Numbered from the whole stretch's first letter, positions 48,238 through 60,306 are shown. The stretch is 63,927 nt of DNA, filler included, from Stramenopiles sp. TOSAG23-6 (GCA_900128565.1; 10 parts of 10 records of this genome joined end to end with filler, not necessarily neighbours in it); one strand, 5' to 3'. Notes: generated by a model from the letters alone, not told the origin. Made by a program: numbers and translations.

Positions 48238-49995
48238 ATGAGCAAAATGTCTAAAACTGTACCAAACACAACAAAAGATGAAGAAAATCTCTTTGACAAA
48301 GTCTTTAGTGGGCTTGGACCTGCCATCGTAATTACTAGCTATTTATGTCTTAACGACAGATTCTCTGGACGAGCTGTCTCGAATGACAAATACCGTCCTT
48401 GGATGGTCGGTGCTGATTGGGGTAAAGTAACGTCTTGGAAAGCATCAAAGGCTGGTAACTTGGAATTTATTCAATGGTTAAGAATTCAAAATCCACCTTG
48501 TCCATGGGATAGACGGACGTGTTATGAGGCAGCTGCAAATGGTCACTTGGAAGTATTACAATGGGTAAGAAGTCAAAATCCACCTTGTCCGTGGGATAAA
48601 GAGGCATGTAGTGCAGCAGCTTCTGCAGGTCACTTAAAAATATTGAAATGGGTAAGAAGTCAAAACCCACCTTGTCCATGGGATAGATGGACGTGTGTTT
48701 ATGCAGCTAAAAATAGTCATTTGGAAGTATTGAAATGGGTAAGAAGTCAAAATCCACCTTGTCCGTGGAATGAATGGACGTGTGATTATGCAGCTGAAAA
48801 TGGTCATTTAGAAGTATTGAAATGGGTTAGAAGTCAAAATCCACCTTGCCCATGGGATAAACGTACGTGTCGTGATGCAGCTCGAAAAGGTCACTTAGAA
48901 GTATTGAAATGGGTAAGAAGTCAAAATCCACCTTGTCCATGGGATAAAGAAACGTGTTATTGTGCAGCTGCAAGTGGTCACTTAGAAGTATTGAAATATC
49001 TAAGAAGTCAAAATCCACCTTGTCCATGGGATGAAGAGACGTGTCAAAATGCAGCTTCCAATGGTCAATTGGAAGTATTGAAATGGTTGAGAAGTCAAAA
49101 TCCACCTTGTCCATGGAATTGGAGTACATGTTCGTTTGCAGTGAAAGAACGTCACTTCAAAATATTGAAATGGGTCAGAAGTCAAAATCCACCTTGTCCA
49201 TGGGATGAAAGTACATGTAGTTGGGCAGGTCGAACTGGTCAATTAGAAGTATTACGATGGTTAAGAAGTCAAAATCCACCTTGTCCATGGGATGGAAAAA
49301 CATGTGGTTGGGCAGCTAAAACTGGTCATTTAGAAGTATTGGAATGGTTAAGAAGTCAAAATCCACCTTGTCCATGGGATGAAGGAACGTGTTGGAGAGC
49401 AGCTAAAAATGGTCACTTGGAAGTATTAAAATGGTTAAGAAGTCAAAATCCACCTTGTCCTTGGGATGATCAAACGTATGATGAGGCAGCTGGGGGAGGT
49501 CACTTGGAAATATTAAAATGGGTGAGAAGTCAAAATCCACCGTTCCAGTGCGAAGAATGGACGTGTCGTATGGCAGCTGGAAATGGTCAGTTAGAAGTAT
49601 TGAAATGGTTAAGAAGTCAAAATCCATCTTGTCCTTGGGATAAAGAGACGTGTTCGGAAGCAGCTAGATATGGTCAATTAGAAGTATTGGAATGGTTAAG
49701 AAGTCAAAATCCACCTTGTCCTTGGGATGAAGGGACGTGTTTTGAAGCAGCTGACAATGGTCACGTAGAAGTAATAGAATGGGTAAGAAGTCAAAATCCA
49801 CCTTGTCCATGGGATGAATTAACATGTTCTTATGCAGTTACTGACGGTCACTTGGACGTATTGAAATGGATAAGAAGTCAAAACCCACCTTGTCCATGGA
49901 GTAATAATCCGTGTTATTGGGCAGCTCGGTTTGGTCACTTAGAAGTATTGAAATGGTTAAAAGAGGTAGAAGCCCCAGGTTATGAACTTAACTAG
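48238..49995 (+). CDS. ankyrin-like tandem repeat protein (17 x 29 aa)
   Basis: 87-bp units encoding QNPPCPWDxxTCxxAAxxGHLEVLKWLRS. Confidence 0.9.
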   Translation: MSKMSKTVPNTTKDEENLFDKVFSGLGPAIVITSYLCLNDRFSGRAVSNDKYRPWMVGADWGKVTSWKASKAGNLEFIQWLRIQNPPCPWDRRTCYEAAANGHLEVLQWVRSQNPPCPWDKEACSAAASAGHLKILKWVRSQNPPCPWDRWTCVYAAKNSHLEVLKWVRSQNPPCPWNEWTCDYAAENGHLEVLKWVRSQNPPCPWDKRTCRDAARKGHLEVLKWVRSQNPPCPWDKETCYCAAASGHLEVLKYLRSQNPPCPWDEETCQNAASNGQLEVLKWLRSQNPPCPWNWSTCSFAVKERHFKILKWVRSQNPPCPWDESTCSWAGRTGQLEVLRWLRSQNPPCPWDGKTCGWAAKTGHLEVLEWLRSQNPPCPWDEGTCWRAAKNGHLEVLKWLRSQNPPCPWDDQTYDEAAGGGHLEILKWVRSQNPPFQCEEWTCRMAAGNGQLEVLKWLRSQNPSCPWDKETCSEAARYGQLEVLEWLRSQNPPCPWDEGTCFEAADNGHVEVIEWVRSQNPPCPWDELTCSYAVTDGHLDVLKWIRSQNPPCPWSNNPCYWAARFGHLEVLKWLKEVEAPGYELN

Positions 49996-50468
49996 TAAAA
50001 ATTATGGAGTGTAAAAATAGAGTGAAATATATATTTATTTGTAGTACATCATCGTATGTATTGTTTGAAGATGAGTTTTTGATATCATTGGATATATAAT
50101 CATTAAAGAATTTCGTAATTAAATTTTTAATGTACATGTGTTTGGTAGATTATTTTACTATAATATCATACACAAACTACACCTATGAAAAAATTAGATA
50201 ATTATATTTTATAATAATTCCGGAATTATCATTCTTAGACCCAGAGTTTGTGGGTGTCAAAAATGAGTTATTCGTGGTTACCGGGTAATAATGAATTCAA
50301 ATTTTCAAATTTTCAAACTCGAATCTCTTTTTCGCGCTCGACCTCGAGAGGGAAGAAAAAGAATTCAAACAAAGGTAAATATCGTGTGACACTCTCCTTC
50401 AGAAAGTGTACTAGTTTTTCTTTTTCATTGCCCAACTGTAGACTTGGATAGTGGTATATTTATCTGCA

Positions 50469-53359
50469 ATGTTTAGCTGGACTCATCAAGGTGGTGACTC
50501 TGTCCCAGTATTTACTCCAAAGGGGAAAAACCCAACCGAAAATTGGGACCTGTCTGGTAATGTTGTTAAAGTGTATGACCGAGTCGCTCGTGGGTATACA
50601 TACGAGTGTAGCGGTGGCCCTTCCACATCAATGCGTCTACCCGCAGATTTGCGTTCGTCTCTTGGTTTGACGCAGTCCTTTTTAACTTTACAAATACTCG
50701 TTCCATCGACTACCCCATTTTCAATGGACATTGAAGTACAAGCAGAAGCTACACAGGAGACTCAAGCAAAACTTCAAAGTCCAGAAAAAATGGTATCTAC
50801 AATCAAGCGCCGCCCAGTTCATTTGAAATTCTCAACTGCATTCAAAGATTCTAATTTTAATGGACTCCACGCTCAAATACCTCTTTCAAAGATACCTCGT
50901 AATAGATGGCTAAACTTGTGTTTAGATCTGCCTGACTTAGTTTCAAGTTGTTTTTTACACAGTCCCAATTTTATCTCTTGTGCAGCAATTACAATTGGTG
51001 CAACATGTCGACTTCGACGAATATTTACTATGCGAGATCCTCCTAGTGTTGCACATCAAACCTTGTGGTTATCTGACAAAGAAAATATGCAGTCTTTGGA
51101 TGAAAGAAACCCTAACCCTAACTCTACACAAGATTTTTCTGAAACATATACAAATATTGGATATATTCCAAGGCGTTATCAATTTTCACCCGATGCGAAT
51201 TCGTCTACTATTATTATGAATTCAAAGGTATTACAAAAGTCTTTCACGTCAAAAGATACAAAATTAAAAAAAAGAAACCAAAAGAGTCCAAAAAATCCTA
51301 CCCCTACAAACCCTAACCCTACAAACCCTAACCCTTCGCAAAAATCCAATGGAACAAAATTAAAAGGTGTAACTATATCTGCACTTCGTGGACTTGAAGC
51401 TGCTCGGAAGCGGCGAGATTCCCTCTCAAAAAAAAAACGAAACTCTGCTGGGCTTGGCACAAAATTTCCAGGTTTTGGTTCAGTGCCCATTCGGAAACCG
51501 AGACGAAACCCTAACCCTAAAGCAAAAAGGAGTTTACATAAAAAATTTTCAAATGTAAAAAAAAAGACTGTTCCTACAAATTCTACAAATCGTACAAGAA
51601 AACTCAAAACATCAGCAATTGAAAAAAATGAAAAAAATGAAAAAAATGAAAATTTGAAGTTTGAAGGACGAAAAAAAAAATTGAAAGAAATGAATGAAAA
51701 TTTGAAGTTTGATACAAAATTTAGTACAAAATTTGGTACTCTGTCGCCTCACGTAGAATGGAGGAATAGAATGCCAACAAAAGAGTCAAACGATTTTGAA
51801 TTTTCTACAGCTGACAATTCTTCAGAAAAGTCACAAATTCGAAATTCAATAGAATTTAAGACAAATCCTCAAGATTCAATTTCGAATTTATCTCTTAGTA
51901 CTCCAAATATGACTACTACTCAATCTACTCCTACTGCAAGACCACCTTTAACAATATCATCAAATAAATTTGGTGTGTTTGAAATTGGTAGTCCTGAATA
52001 TTCAGAAATGTTGATGAAACAGGGTTATAAACCTATTATAACTCCAGTGTTGGGTTCTTCCCTCTGTATGTTTTCATTTTTTTTTTTTTACCATTTGTTT
52101 TTCGTACGAAATTTCGTACCTAACGTTTTTTTTCAATTTTTTTTTTTCACAATACATATTCAAAATATACGAAATCACCCAAGAAGGGTACAAATGATAA
52201 AAAACTACATCATTCTCCATTATTAACTTTAGACGATTTAACAAATCCAAATTTCATTGACCAAAATGAAAATATGGATAATGGTAATGTTGATGAAGGA
52301 AAGCCAAAGTTAAGCCCTAAATATAATTATTCAAAAAATTCAAGTTATTACGAAAAAAGGATGAAAGTTCTAGAAGAAAAAAAAAGAGAATTACTTGATT
52401 TAGAAAAAAAATTAGAAATGCAAAAAACGAAAATAGGTGATAATTTGATGAATGTAGATATAAAATCAGATTTCCATAATGATAAAAACAAATCAAATAA
52501 ACACAATAAAATAAATGAAACAAATGAAAGTATTTCAGAACAAGACATTTTACATGATGTTTTTGCCAACATAAGTATTAAAAATAGCAAATATGATATT
52601 AGAAATTACATGAACAAAAATATAAAGTCAGAAAAATATGAAAAAAGTGGAAAAAGTGGAAAAGATGAAGATACAAAAATGTCCCGAAACCTAATCAGAA
52701 AAGAACCCTCGAAAGAAAATCATAACCCTAATAACACTAATAATCTTAATAGTACTCAAAATCTAATCCAACCTATGAAAAAAATACAAGAGCAAACTGT
52801 ACATCAAAAAGTCCATGAGGATGACATAAAGCAAAAACCACAGAAAACTTTTGTACATTCCTCAAGTGAAACAAAGGTAGAAACGAAAGGATCAAACATC
52901 GTTAAGGAACAAAACTGCTTTCATCAAAAGCCTTCGACTCATCGAACATTTGAAGAAAAACTTAGAGAATTACATGAGAGAACTTGTACAAGACTTGCAA
53001 ATACATCTAGATTACAAACTATGCATCCAAACACTATAAGAATTCAACATCGGTTACTGCAAAATAAGGAACTGAGTAGTACTGGCAGTGACTCTCAGCA
53101 CATTCAAAATTCATTACGATTTGGTACAAATTTAATTTCGAATTTGTCAAGTCCTGCCCCTTTGCCTAATAGTGTAGCTCTTATTAAACATTCTAACCCT
53201 AACCCTAATCTCATTCCTAACTATAATAAAAGACATATTCTTGGAAAAGACAATCAAATGACCACAAATAGAACAGAACTGGCTGAGTTGATGTTTGATC
53301 CATTACTTAATTGTTATTTTAATCCTGTTACAAATCAATTTTTCAAATTAAAAAAATAA
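50469..53359 (+). CDS. CFAP20DC: CFAP20-domain-containing protein (C3orf67-like); exons 50469-52065, 52158-53359
   Basis: N-terminal CFAP20/DUF667-like domain (SLGLTQSFLTLQ, WLNLCLDL, CRLRRIFTM) and C-terminal LMFDPLLNCYFNPVTNQFF; GT-AT intron 52066-52157. Confidence 0.8.
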
Positions 53360-53701
53360 AATTCGAAATTGAGAATTTTCTTTTGCAAAAGCCATTTTAT
53401 TTATAGGTTCTAGTGAATTTACACACTGGAAAAATATATAACCTCTGTTGGTTCATGATGTAGTACTTTCAGTTCATTTGCATTGCATTCAATCACGAAA
53501 TATCCGTAATCATAATTATTCAATTCTTTTTTCTCGGAGGTTTTTTTTCTTGTCGAGGAGGTATCTGCCAGACTGCGACGTCGACGTGGTATGTATACGT
53601 AATACAAGAATTCAAAACACAATTCAAAACTGTGGTTACACGCGTCGTGCGAGTTTGGAATACTCCAACTCTAAAAATATTATCTAAAGAACTCTGGGAA
53701 A

Positions 53702-55344
53702 ATGGAAGAAATAAGCAGCAACCTTATCCATACTTTTGAACAGACCAAAATTCCTCCATCGCAAATTCGGTGTACCTCGTCCCTGAAACCGTTATCTTGG
53801 GTTCTTCAATATCGCGAAGATTACAATAGTTTTCGCCGAGGCGCTAGTTCAGGCTCTCAAGGTGAAATTAATTACCCAAAAAATGGTTTCGTTGACATAA
53901 TGACGAAATATGAATGTTTTTCTGAAAGTCCAAGACGAAAGTTTCTCAATAAGAATCGTAATCATGAGGCGTGGTCAATACAGCGTCCTAGAAAAATATC
54001 AATGGACGATCATTTCGACTGGATACGTAGGGAGATACCTGCTATTCAGAAGGTATCACAATTTAATTTTCGGAAGCGTTATCGGATGTTTCGACGAGGA
54101 GCATACAGAAAAAGTCGAACTTTAGAACATTTTGTAGGTTGGGAAAATGAATATAAGAAAGGAATAAAAAGTAAAGTTTCAAGTAGATCGACTATCGGTA
54201 TTTTTGATTCTGGCATAGGTGGATTAACCGTATATAAAGAAATTCGTCGTGTATTTCCAAAGAATGACATTGTTTACTTTGCAGATATGTTGAGACAACC
54301 TTGTTTGTTGTCACTATAATTTCACTTTTTTTTCCCATGAACATTTCGTACCTTAGCTAACAAATTTCAAACGTAAAACACTTTTTTTTCCATAGAACAT
54401 TTCGTACCTTTGCTAACAAATTTCAAACGTAAAACATATTTTTTCACAATATATGGGGTAATCAAAAGCAGTCTACTGTAGCGTTTTATTGTCGTGAAAT
54501 TATGAATTTTTTAAAGAGGGAAAATTGCACAGTAATCATAGTTGCATGCAAATATCATATATTTTTTACACTCAGATTATAACAAATCCTACACCAAGTC
54601 ATCTTTTGCTAATTTATTTCTAAAAACATGAAATATTACACACAAATTATCACAGCCACAGCAGCAATATTTGATAATAGAGTAAATTTTCTTGAAGAAT
54701 ATTCCAATATACCAATTATAGGAACAATTCCATTTGCTTGTCGAGAGGCTCTATCATTAAAGATGAAAAGAAATAACCTAAATAATAAGATGACTAGAAT
54801 ACGTCACATTGGAGTCATTGCAACTGAAGGTACTGTTACATCTGGTGCTTATTCTCGTGCATTGACTGCATTCGCCACCGCTGATGGTCGACCGGTGCTT
54901 GTGACTGAAATGCCATGCCCAATGTTCATGCATATTGCAGAAAGTGGAATTATCATGACTCCTGAAAATATCGAACTCGCATCAAAATATTTATTCCCAG
55001 TACAACTGAAAACAAAACCAAAAACTCACAAAAAATGCAATACATTACAATACCCAATAGATACTATAATATACGGTTGTACTCATTACCCGGTTCTCTC
55101 TGAACTATTGGAAGATTTGGTATTTAAAACGTTTCAACGGCCGGACGTCAAATTTGTTGACCCTGCAAACGCAATGATGAATGATATTAAGAAAGCTGTC
55201 TTTGTGGGAAATAATGAAGATCTAATGAATGTGAAGGGTAATACTCGATTTTGTGTCAATTCTTTAGTGGATCGTTTTGGAAAAAGTGCATCAAGAATTC
55301 TTAAAATGGATGTAAGAGAACAAGTCGAATTAGTAAAATTATAA
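53702..55344 (+). CDS. murI: glutamate racemase (MurI-like) with N-terminal extension; exons 53702-54302, 54455-54551, 54651-55344
   Basis: IGIFDSGIGGLTV, D..RQPWG, IIVAC-N-TATA (after splicing), IGVIATEGTV.SGAY, IYGCTHYP, FVDPA. Confidence 0.85.
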
Positions 55345-55368
55345 TGAATTTTTTTTTTTAAATAAAAA

Positions 55369-56415
55369 CTAAATAACAAAATTTATGATTTTGTCCGCCG
55401 ACCAATGTACTTGTTTAATATAATATTTAATCAGAGATTGGGCGCCTGAAGAAACAAATAATAGAAAAGGAAACGGAGTTACAACGCGAACGATCGGGAT
55501 CTCGCACGAAGAATCAAAATGGGGAAAGAGGAAGTTGATTATCGTAAACGTTTATTAGGGTTGGGGAAAGAAAAAGTTGTTTATCGTAAACGTTTCTTTT
55601 AAACTTGTCACGTACCAGTCGTCTGTAACAAAGCTAATACATGTAATGAACGCTCAAGAAATACTTTAACACGTGTTCTTGCATCCATATCTAAATAAAC
55701 AGAATGCTTTCCATTATTTTCCACTCTTGAATCACAAACTTGAAATCCATTAGGTACAAAATTTGTATGAATAGGATTTTCTATACGTGTTCTAGATGCT
55801 AAAGCGATAAGAACATCTCCTTGATGGGTCGGATAAAAGACAACATATTGTGAAAAAATATTTTTGTTTTTTTGGTTGAAAAAAAAAAATCATTTAGGTA
55901 CGAAATTGCAAAAAAAAAAATGAACTTTGAAAATTTGTTAGGTATAGAATTTTTTTTTTACTAAAAAAAAAAAAAAATGATTTTTTTTTTTGAAAACCTA
56001 CACAAAAGGTAATTGTATGGAAGGAAATATTTTTGGTGAATATAAACACTCAATAAATGAAACTAAAAGTTTTTTTGTTTTAACCGCATCTTCTGATGTT
56101 ACAAAATCATCTCTGTGCCGTGTACTATGATATACTGTGAAAAAAAAATTGTTTTTGTAAAATTTGTTAGGTACGAAATTTCGTACGAAAAAAAAATCGA
56201 AATTCAAAATTGAAAAAAAAATAAAACATACATATATATTTTCCAACATGGAGCAAACATCTTCAGCCCAATACAAAATTTTCCGAAACAGAGCCGCTTT
56301 GAGATTCATTTCAGATGGATTTTGTGTTTTCTTTTTCTTTGAGGCAGCAACAAGAACAGGACCAAGAATAGATGGAACTATTTGTGTGTCTGAGGTTTGA
56401 AGAAAAGCCAATAAC
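55369..56415 (-). CDS. hypothetical protein (5' partial); exons 56415-56232, 56129-56002, 55842-55616, probably 55445-55369
   Basis: Frames join across element introns 56130-56231 and 55843-56001 and a likely canonical GT-AG intron 55446-55615. Confidence 0.5.
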
Positions 56416-56472
56416 AAGTATTGTGAAAAAATATTTTTTTTTGTAAAATTTGTTAGGTACGAAATTTCATAC

Positions 56473-56506
<34 letters not shown>

Positions 56507-56706
56507 NNNNNNNNNNNNNNNNNNNNNNNNNNNNNNNNNNNNNNNNNNNNTTAATTAATTAANNNNNNNNNNNNNNNNNNNNNNNNNNNNNNNNNNNNNN
56601 NNNNNNATTTTGGAAAAATTTTTAAAAAAAAAACTAAAATTTTTTAGGTACAAAATTTCGTACGAAAAAAAAAAAAAAAAAAAAAAAATGTCTAATGAAA
56701 ACAAAC

Positions 56707-57171
56707 ATGCATACGAGGGACCCACTGATCCTCCGTTATTGGTGGATTCAGAAAATTTGGAGCCCAATCTTGATGTAAAATGGCATCTGCGTTCTCACGT
56801 AGAACAATGTTCATTGCACCTTTAGCACCATACCTTGCAAATAATTGACTGGGTGATCCAGGGGTGTAACTGTCACCTGCTAACCAATTTTTCCTGACTT
56901 TTTCCTTCTGTTTCTCCATTTTCCGAATTCTTTCAGCACGAATCGCTGCCTTTGATGCTGCTCTTATCGAACCAGGACGTTTATTAAGCATAGGTGCTTC
57001 CCAGCTATATAAACTAGGTAATTCGCACCATAACTCAGCACGATTCTTGACAAGTTTGGACGTTGGATTCACGTTATAGAGATTTCCTATACGTGAAGAT
57101 GACTTTTGAAACTTTGTCAATTCGGGAGTTCCTCGAAAGGTTTGCTTTTTCTTTCTTATAGATTTTCTCAT
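56707..57171 (-). CDS. hypothetical protein, first exon (3' partial)
   Basis: Open frame ending at an element donor GTTTGT at 56706. Confidence 0.5.
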
Positions 57172-57590
57172 CAACAAAATCAATGTGTACAGATAATTTT
57201 AGAGTTTTACACTACACAAAAACTGCGGTAGTAAAGAATGAAAGTATCGTCGAAACGTTTTGTGTCAAATGTTTTGGTAGTACTACCTTTTCATTATTAT
57301 TATTATTATTATTCTAGGGTATAATATATATGTAACTGTTTTTGAAACCGTAGAGCTCCTAAAAATAGTTATACGTAGTAGCTATATATAGTACTAGTCA
57401 TTTTTTTGTATATCACAATTATACCTGGCTGCTCTACAAAAATACAAAAATACAAAACTACAAAATAGTGATTATATAAATAGGCTAGTAGCAATGTCAT
57501 TGTGAATAATAGATACTGATATTTTGATATTCTTGGTCTATTCTTTATAAATTATATTTCTACTTCAAGGTAAACCTTTTCACAAATTCA

Positions 57591-57959
57591 ATGAACGGGC
57601 TCAACCTAGATGATGATACGTGGTACTACAAAGATAACGAAAATATCACACAGGGTCCTTTTACACCCATAAAAATGCAGGAATACTTTGAAAGGAAACA
57701 ACTTCCGCCAGATCTGATAATATCTAATTCTCCTATTGGTCCTTGGGTAAAATTAAAGACTAAAGGTTCAGACCCATTTAGGGTTAATGAGGAGAAAATT
57801 TCAAAAGAAGCTCTGGAAGCTGAAGTTGAAAGAATTGAGAAGATGCGCCAAGATAGAGAGGCTGGGAATGCTGGTACACTTGAAGAAAGATTTCCCATTG
57901 GAATCCCCTTGTCAAAAGTTGTTAAATTAGAATGTAGCAAATTATACTCGAGAGGAGGC
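57591..57959 (+). CDS. GYF-domain protein, first exon (3' partial)
   Basis: WYYKDNENITQGPF...M...F GYF pattern; ends at GTATGT donor 57960. Confidence 0.7.
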
Positions 57960-58147
57960 GTATGTTTTTTTTTTTTTTCATAANTTTTTTTNNNNNNNNN
58001 NNNNNNNNNNNNNNNNNNNNNNNNNNNNNNNNNNNTTAATTAATTAANNNNNNNNNNNNNNNNNNNNNNNNNNNNNNNNNNNNNNNNNNNNAAAAAAAAA
58101 TAAAAAAAAAAAAAAATTACAAAAAAAAAAAAATTAAAATTACATGC

Positions 58148-59299
58148 ATAACTGCTCATCGTACCCATATTTGGATTTAAAAGATTTTTCTTTTTCAAGT
58201 AAGTTTTAACAAGAAGTAGGACATGTGTAGCATGTATACCAAAAGTATCCAAATCTCTTTTGATATAGTCAACTGTGTTTGAAACGGAACTCTCGGAAAA
58301 ATTGTTGTTTATCGTAATGTCGACTGTAATACCGTTATCACGTTTAAATATCCTCTGAATGTGTAAAAAAATATGTTTTATATTGTGTTGTGGGATATTA
58401 GTATTATGTGTGTAGAAACGTAGAAATGTAGAAATGTAGAAAAACATATCGAAGCATTACAAAGAGGAAAAAAATGAAATATATAATGATATATATAATA
58501 TAATCATATACATAATAATATATATGGTGATATATATAATAGTAAATTAGTTGTTATGATAAATACGATGAATAGATTGAAAAATTACCAATAATTGATG
58601 TAGTTGTCCCACAACGTCTATTTCTTGAGAATCTTGACGTAGATGACGTTCTACAGTTTGACCTAGATGATGGTCTACAGTTGAAACGTCAACTACAAAA
58701 TCTGCATCTGAATGACCAGGTAAAAAAAGACCATTTGCAGCAGAACCGTATATTTTCACTGTAGCACTTGGCCATATGTGCTTTTGAATAGTATTTTCTA
58801 TTAAATCACGTGCATCGTGTACTTTTTGTAATTGAATCGTTTGTTGACGAGTGATTTCAACGAGAATTGGTTGTAATTTTGTATCCACTGACCTTGTCAA
58901 TAACTTGTATTGTTGTTGTTGTTGTTCTTGCAGTTTGGCATCAAATTCGGATTCTAATTCGTGCAAAGATGTGGCTTCCATAAAATGCTCTTGAACAATT
59001 TCGTTTAAACTATTTTCCAACTGATTAATCAAAACTAGTTTTTGTTTTGCTGCATCTTTTAACATCCAAAGCCGAGTGTTGAAAGAATCCTTTATTACGG
59101 TACTGCCATCAATTGAGTCTAACATCAATTGGATTCGTTCACTCTGAGATAGAATCTGGTTACGAATGTTGGACAACGGAGAATAATATGGTTGAAAAAC
59201 TGGACTTGATGGTCTTAGTCCATGTTGCATTGCTAAAGCAATTTCGAAAAAAGTACAAATTGTACAATATATACATATTAATTTTGTATTTACACTCAT
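58148..59299 (-). CDS. TUTase/non-canonical poly(A) polymerase-like nucleotidyltransferase (partial, exon structure uncertain)
   Basis: IYGSAANGL...SDADF, VDITINN and GTMSSY motifs. Confidence 0.65.
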
Positions 59300-59653
59300 T
59301 GTATTTGTTTATAACCGAATATATTCAAGTATATATGCTGATGGGAGTGTTGTAACAATATTATTCGTATTTGTATACTATTGTATGTACCAACAACAAC
59401 AAACTCTTAAAAACTGTAAAGAACATATGGACTTTTTTGATTTTCGATTTGAGATGTGACGCTGGCTCTCGAATCTNNNNNNNNNNNNNNNNNNNNNNNN
59501 NNNNNNNNNNNNNNNNNNNNTTAATTAATTAANNNNNNNNNNNNNNNNNNNNNNNNNNNNNNNNNNNNNNNNNNNNCCAACCCCCTGACCCACAAAACCC
59601 CCGCCCTCTTGACCCTTTTAAGGGCCTGAGAAAGCCAGGCCGCACAAGGTTAT

Positions 59654-59725
59654 AGGCGCTACCGGGGCTTGAACCCGAGACCTTCCGGTTAACAGCCGGA
59701 CGCTCTACCACTGAGCTATAACGCA
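59654..59725 (-). tRNA. trnN: tRNA-Asn (GUU)
   Basis: Cloverleaf: AGCTCAGTGGTAGAGC D-arm, TCCGG-CTGTTAA-CCGGA anticodon arm, GGTTCAAGCC T-loop. Confidence 0.92.
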
Positions 59726-60001
59726 CAAGCCCCCACTAGAGCTAGGGCGACCCACGAGTCCAGTGCGGTGGCAGGGACTGTTAGGGCCCTCAAGTGAGCC
59801 CCGGTAAACTTAAGGAAATAAAGGGGAGATCACCCCTATAAAAGAAGCTTAAGAACGGGGGTACCCCAAGACCTGCCGTGCTGTAGCCCAAACGCACTCC
59901 CCACCCAGCAGCAAAGGCCTGGGAGGGCGGGAGCATAGGTTGCAGGGCCTAAGCCCTAACGGCCCACGAGCTAAAGCCCACTAAAAGGCAGAATAGGCCA
60001 A

Positions 60002-60072
60002 CGCAGGTAAGAGGAATTGAACCCCTACTCCCGGCTTTGAAGGCCGGTGTGCTACCGTTACACCACACCTGT
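60002..60072 (-). tRNA. trnW: tRNA-Trp (UCA), reads UGA as Trp
   Basis: CCGGC-CTTCAAA-GCCGG anticodon arm, short variable loop, GGTTCAATTCC, G73. Confidence 0.88.
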
Positions 60073-60154
60073 GACGTGAGGGAAGGCCAGTGGCGTAGAA
60101 AACCTTTGACGCAAATAACTCAGACCCCTCTACCAAAGGCCCAGCACCCAGCCC

Positions 60155-60306
60155 CTAGAAGGCGAACAGGGTGGGGAAGGCCATCGCCAGCCCGGGATGG
60201 CATAAATAAACATCTGCTGCTTCTCGCCGGGTTTGCGCGATAGTCCTATGATGAGAGGCCCGAACACGGTACCGATCCCTACTCCAGGCCCGGCTATGAA
60301 GACGGC
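60155..60306 (-). pseudogene. atp9: atp9 (ATP synthase subunit c) fragment, 5'-truncated, with internal deletion/frameshift
   Basis: [36 protein letters not shown], then [11 protein letters not shown] in a shifted frame. Confidence 0.75.

Noticed and set aside
48460-49960. CRISPR-like array (constant repeat plus variable spacer)
   Set aside because: In-frame 87-bp coding repeats inside one eukaryotic ORF; no cas genes
53702-55344. Bacterial contaminant origin of murI
   Set aside because: Contiguous with eukaryotic genes, similar base composition, and interrupted by host-type introns
60002-60072. tRNA-Sec or opal suppressor
   Set aside because: No long variable arm or extended acceptor stem; mitochondrial context with in-frame TGA codons fits Trp(UCA)
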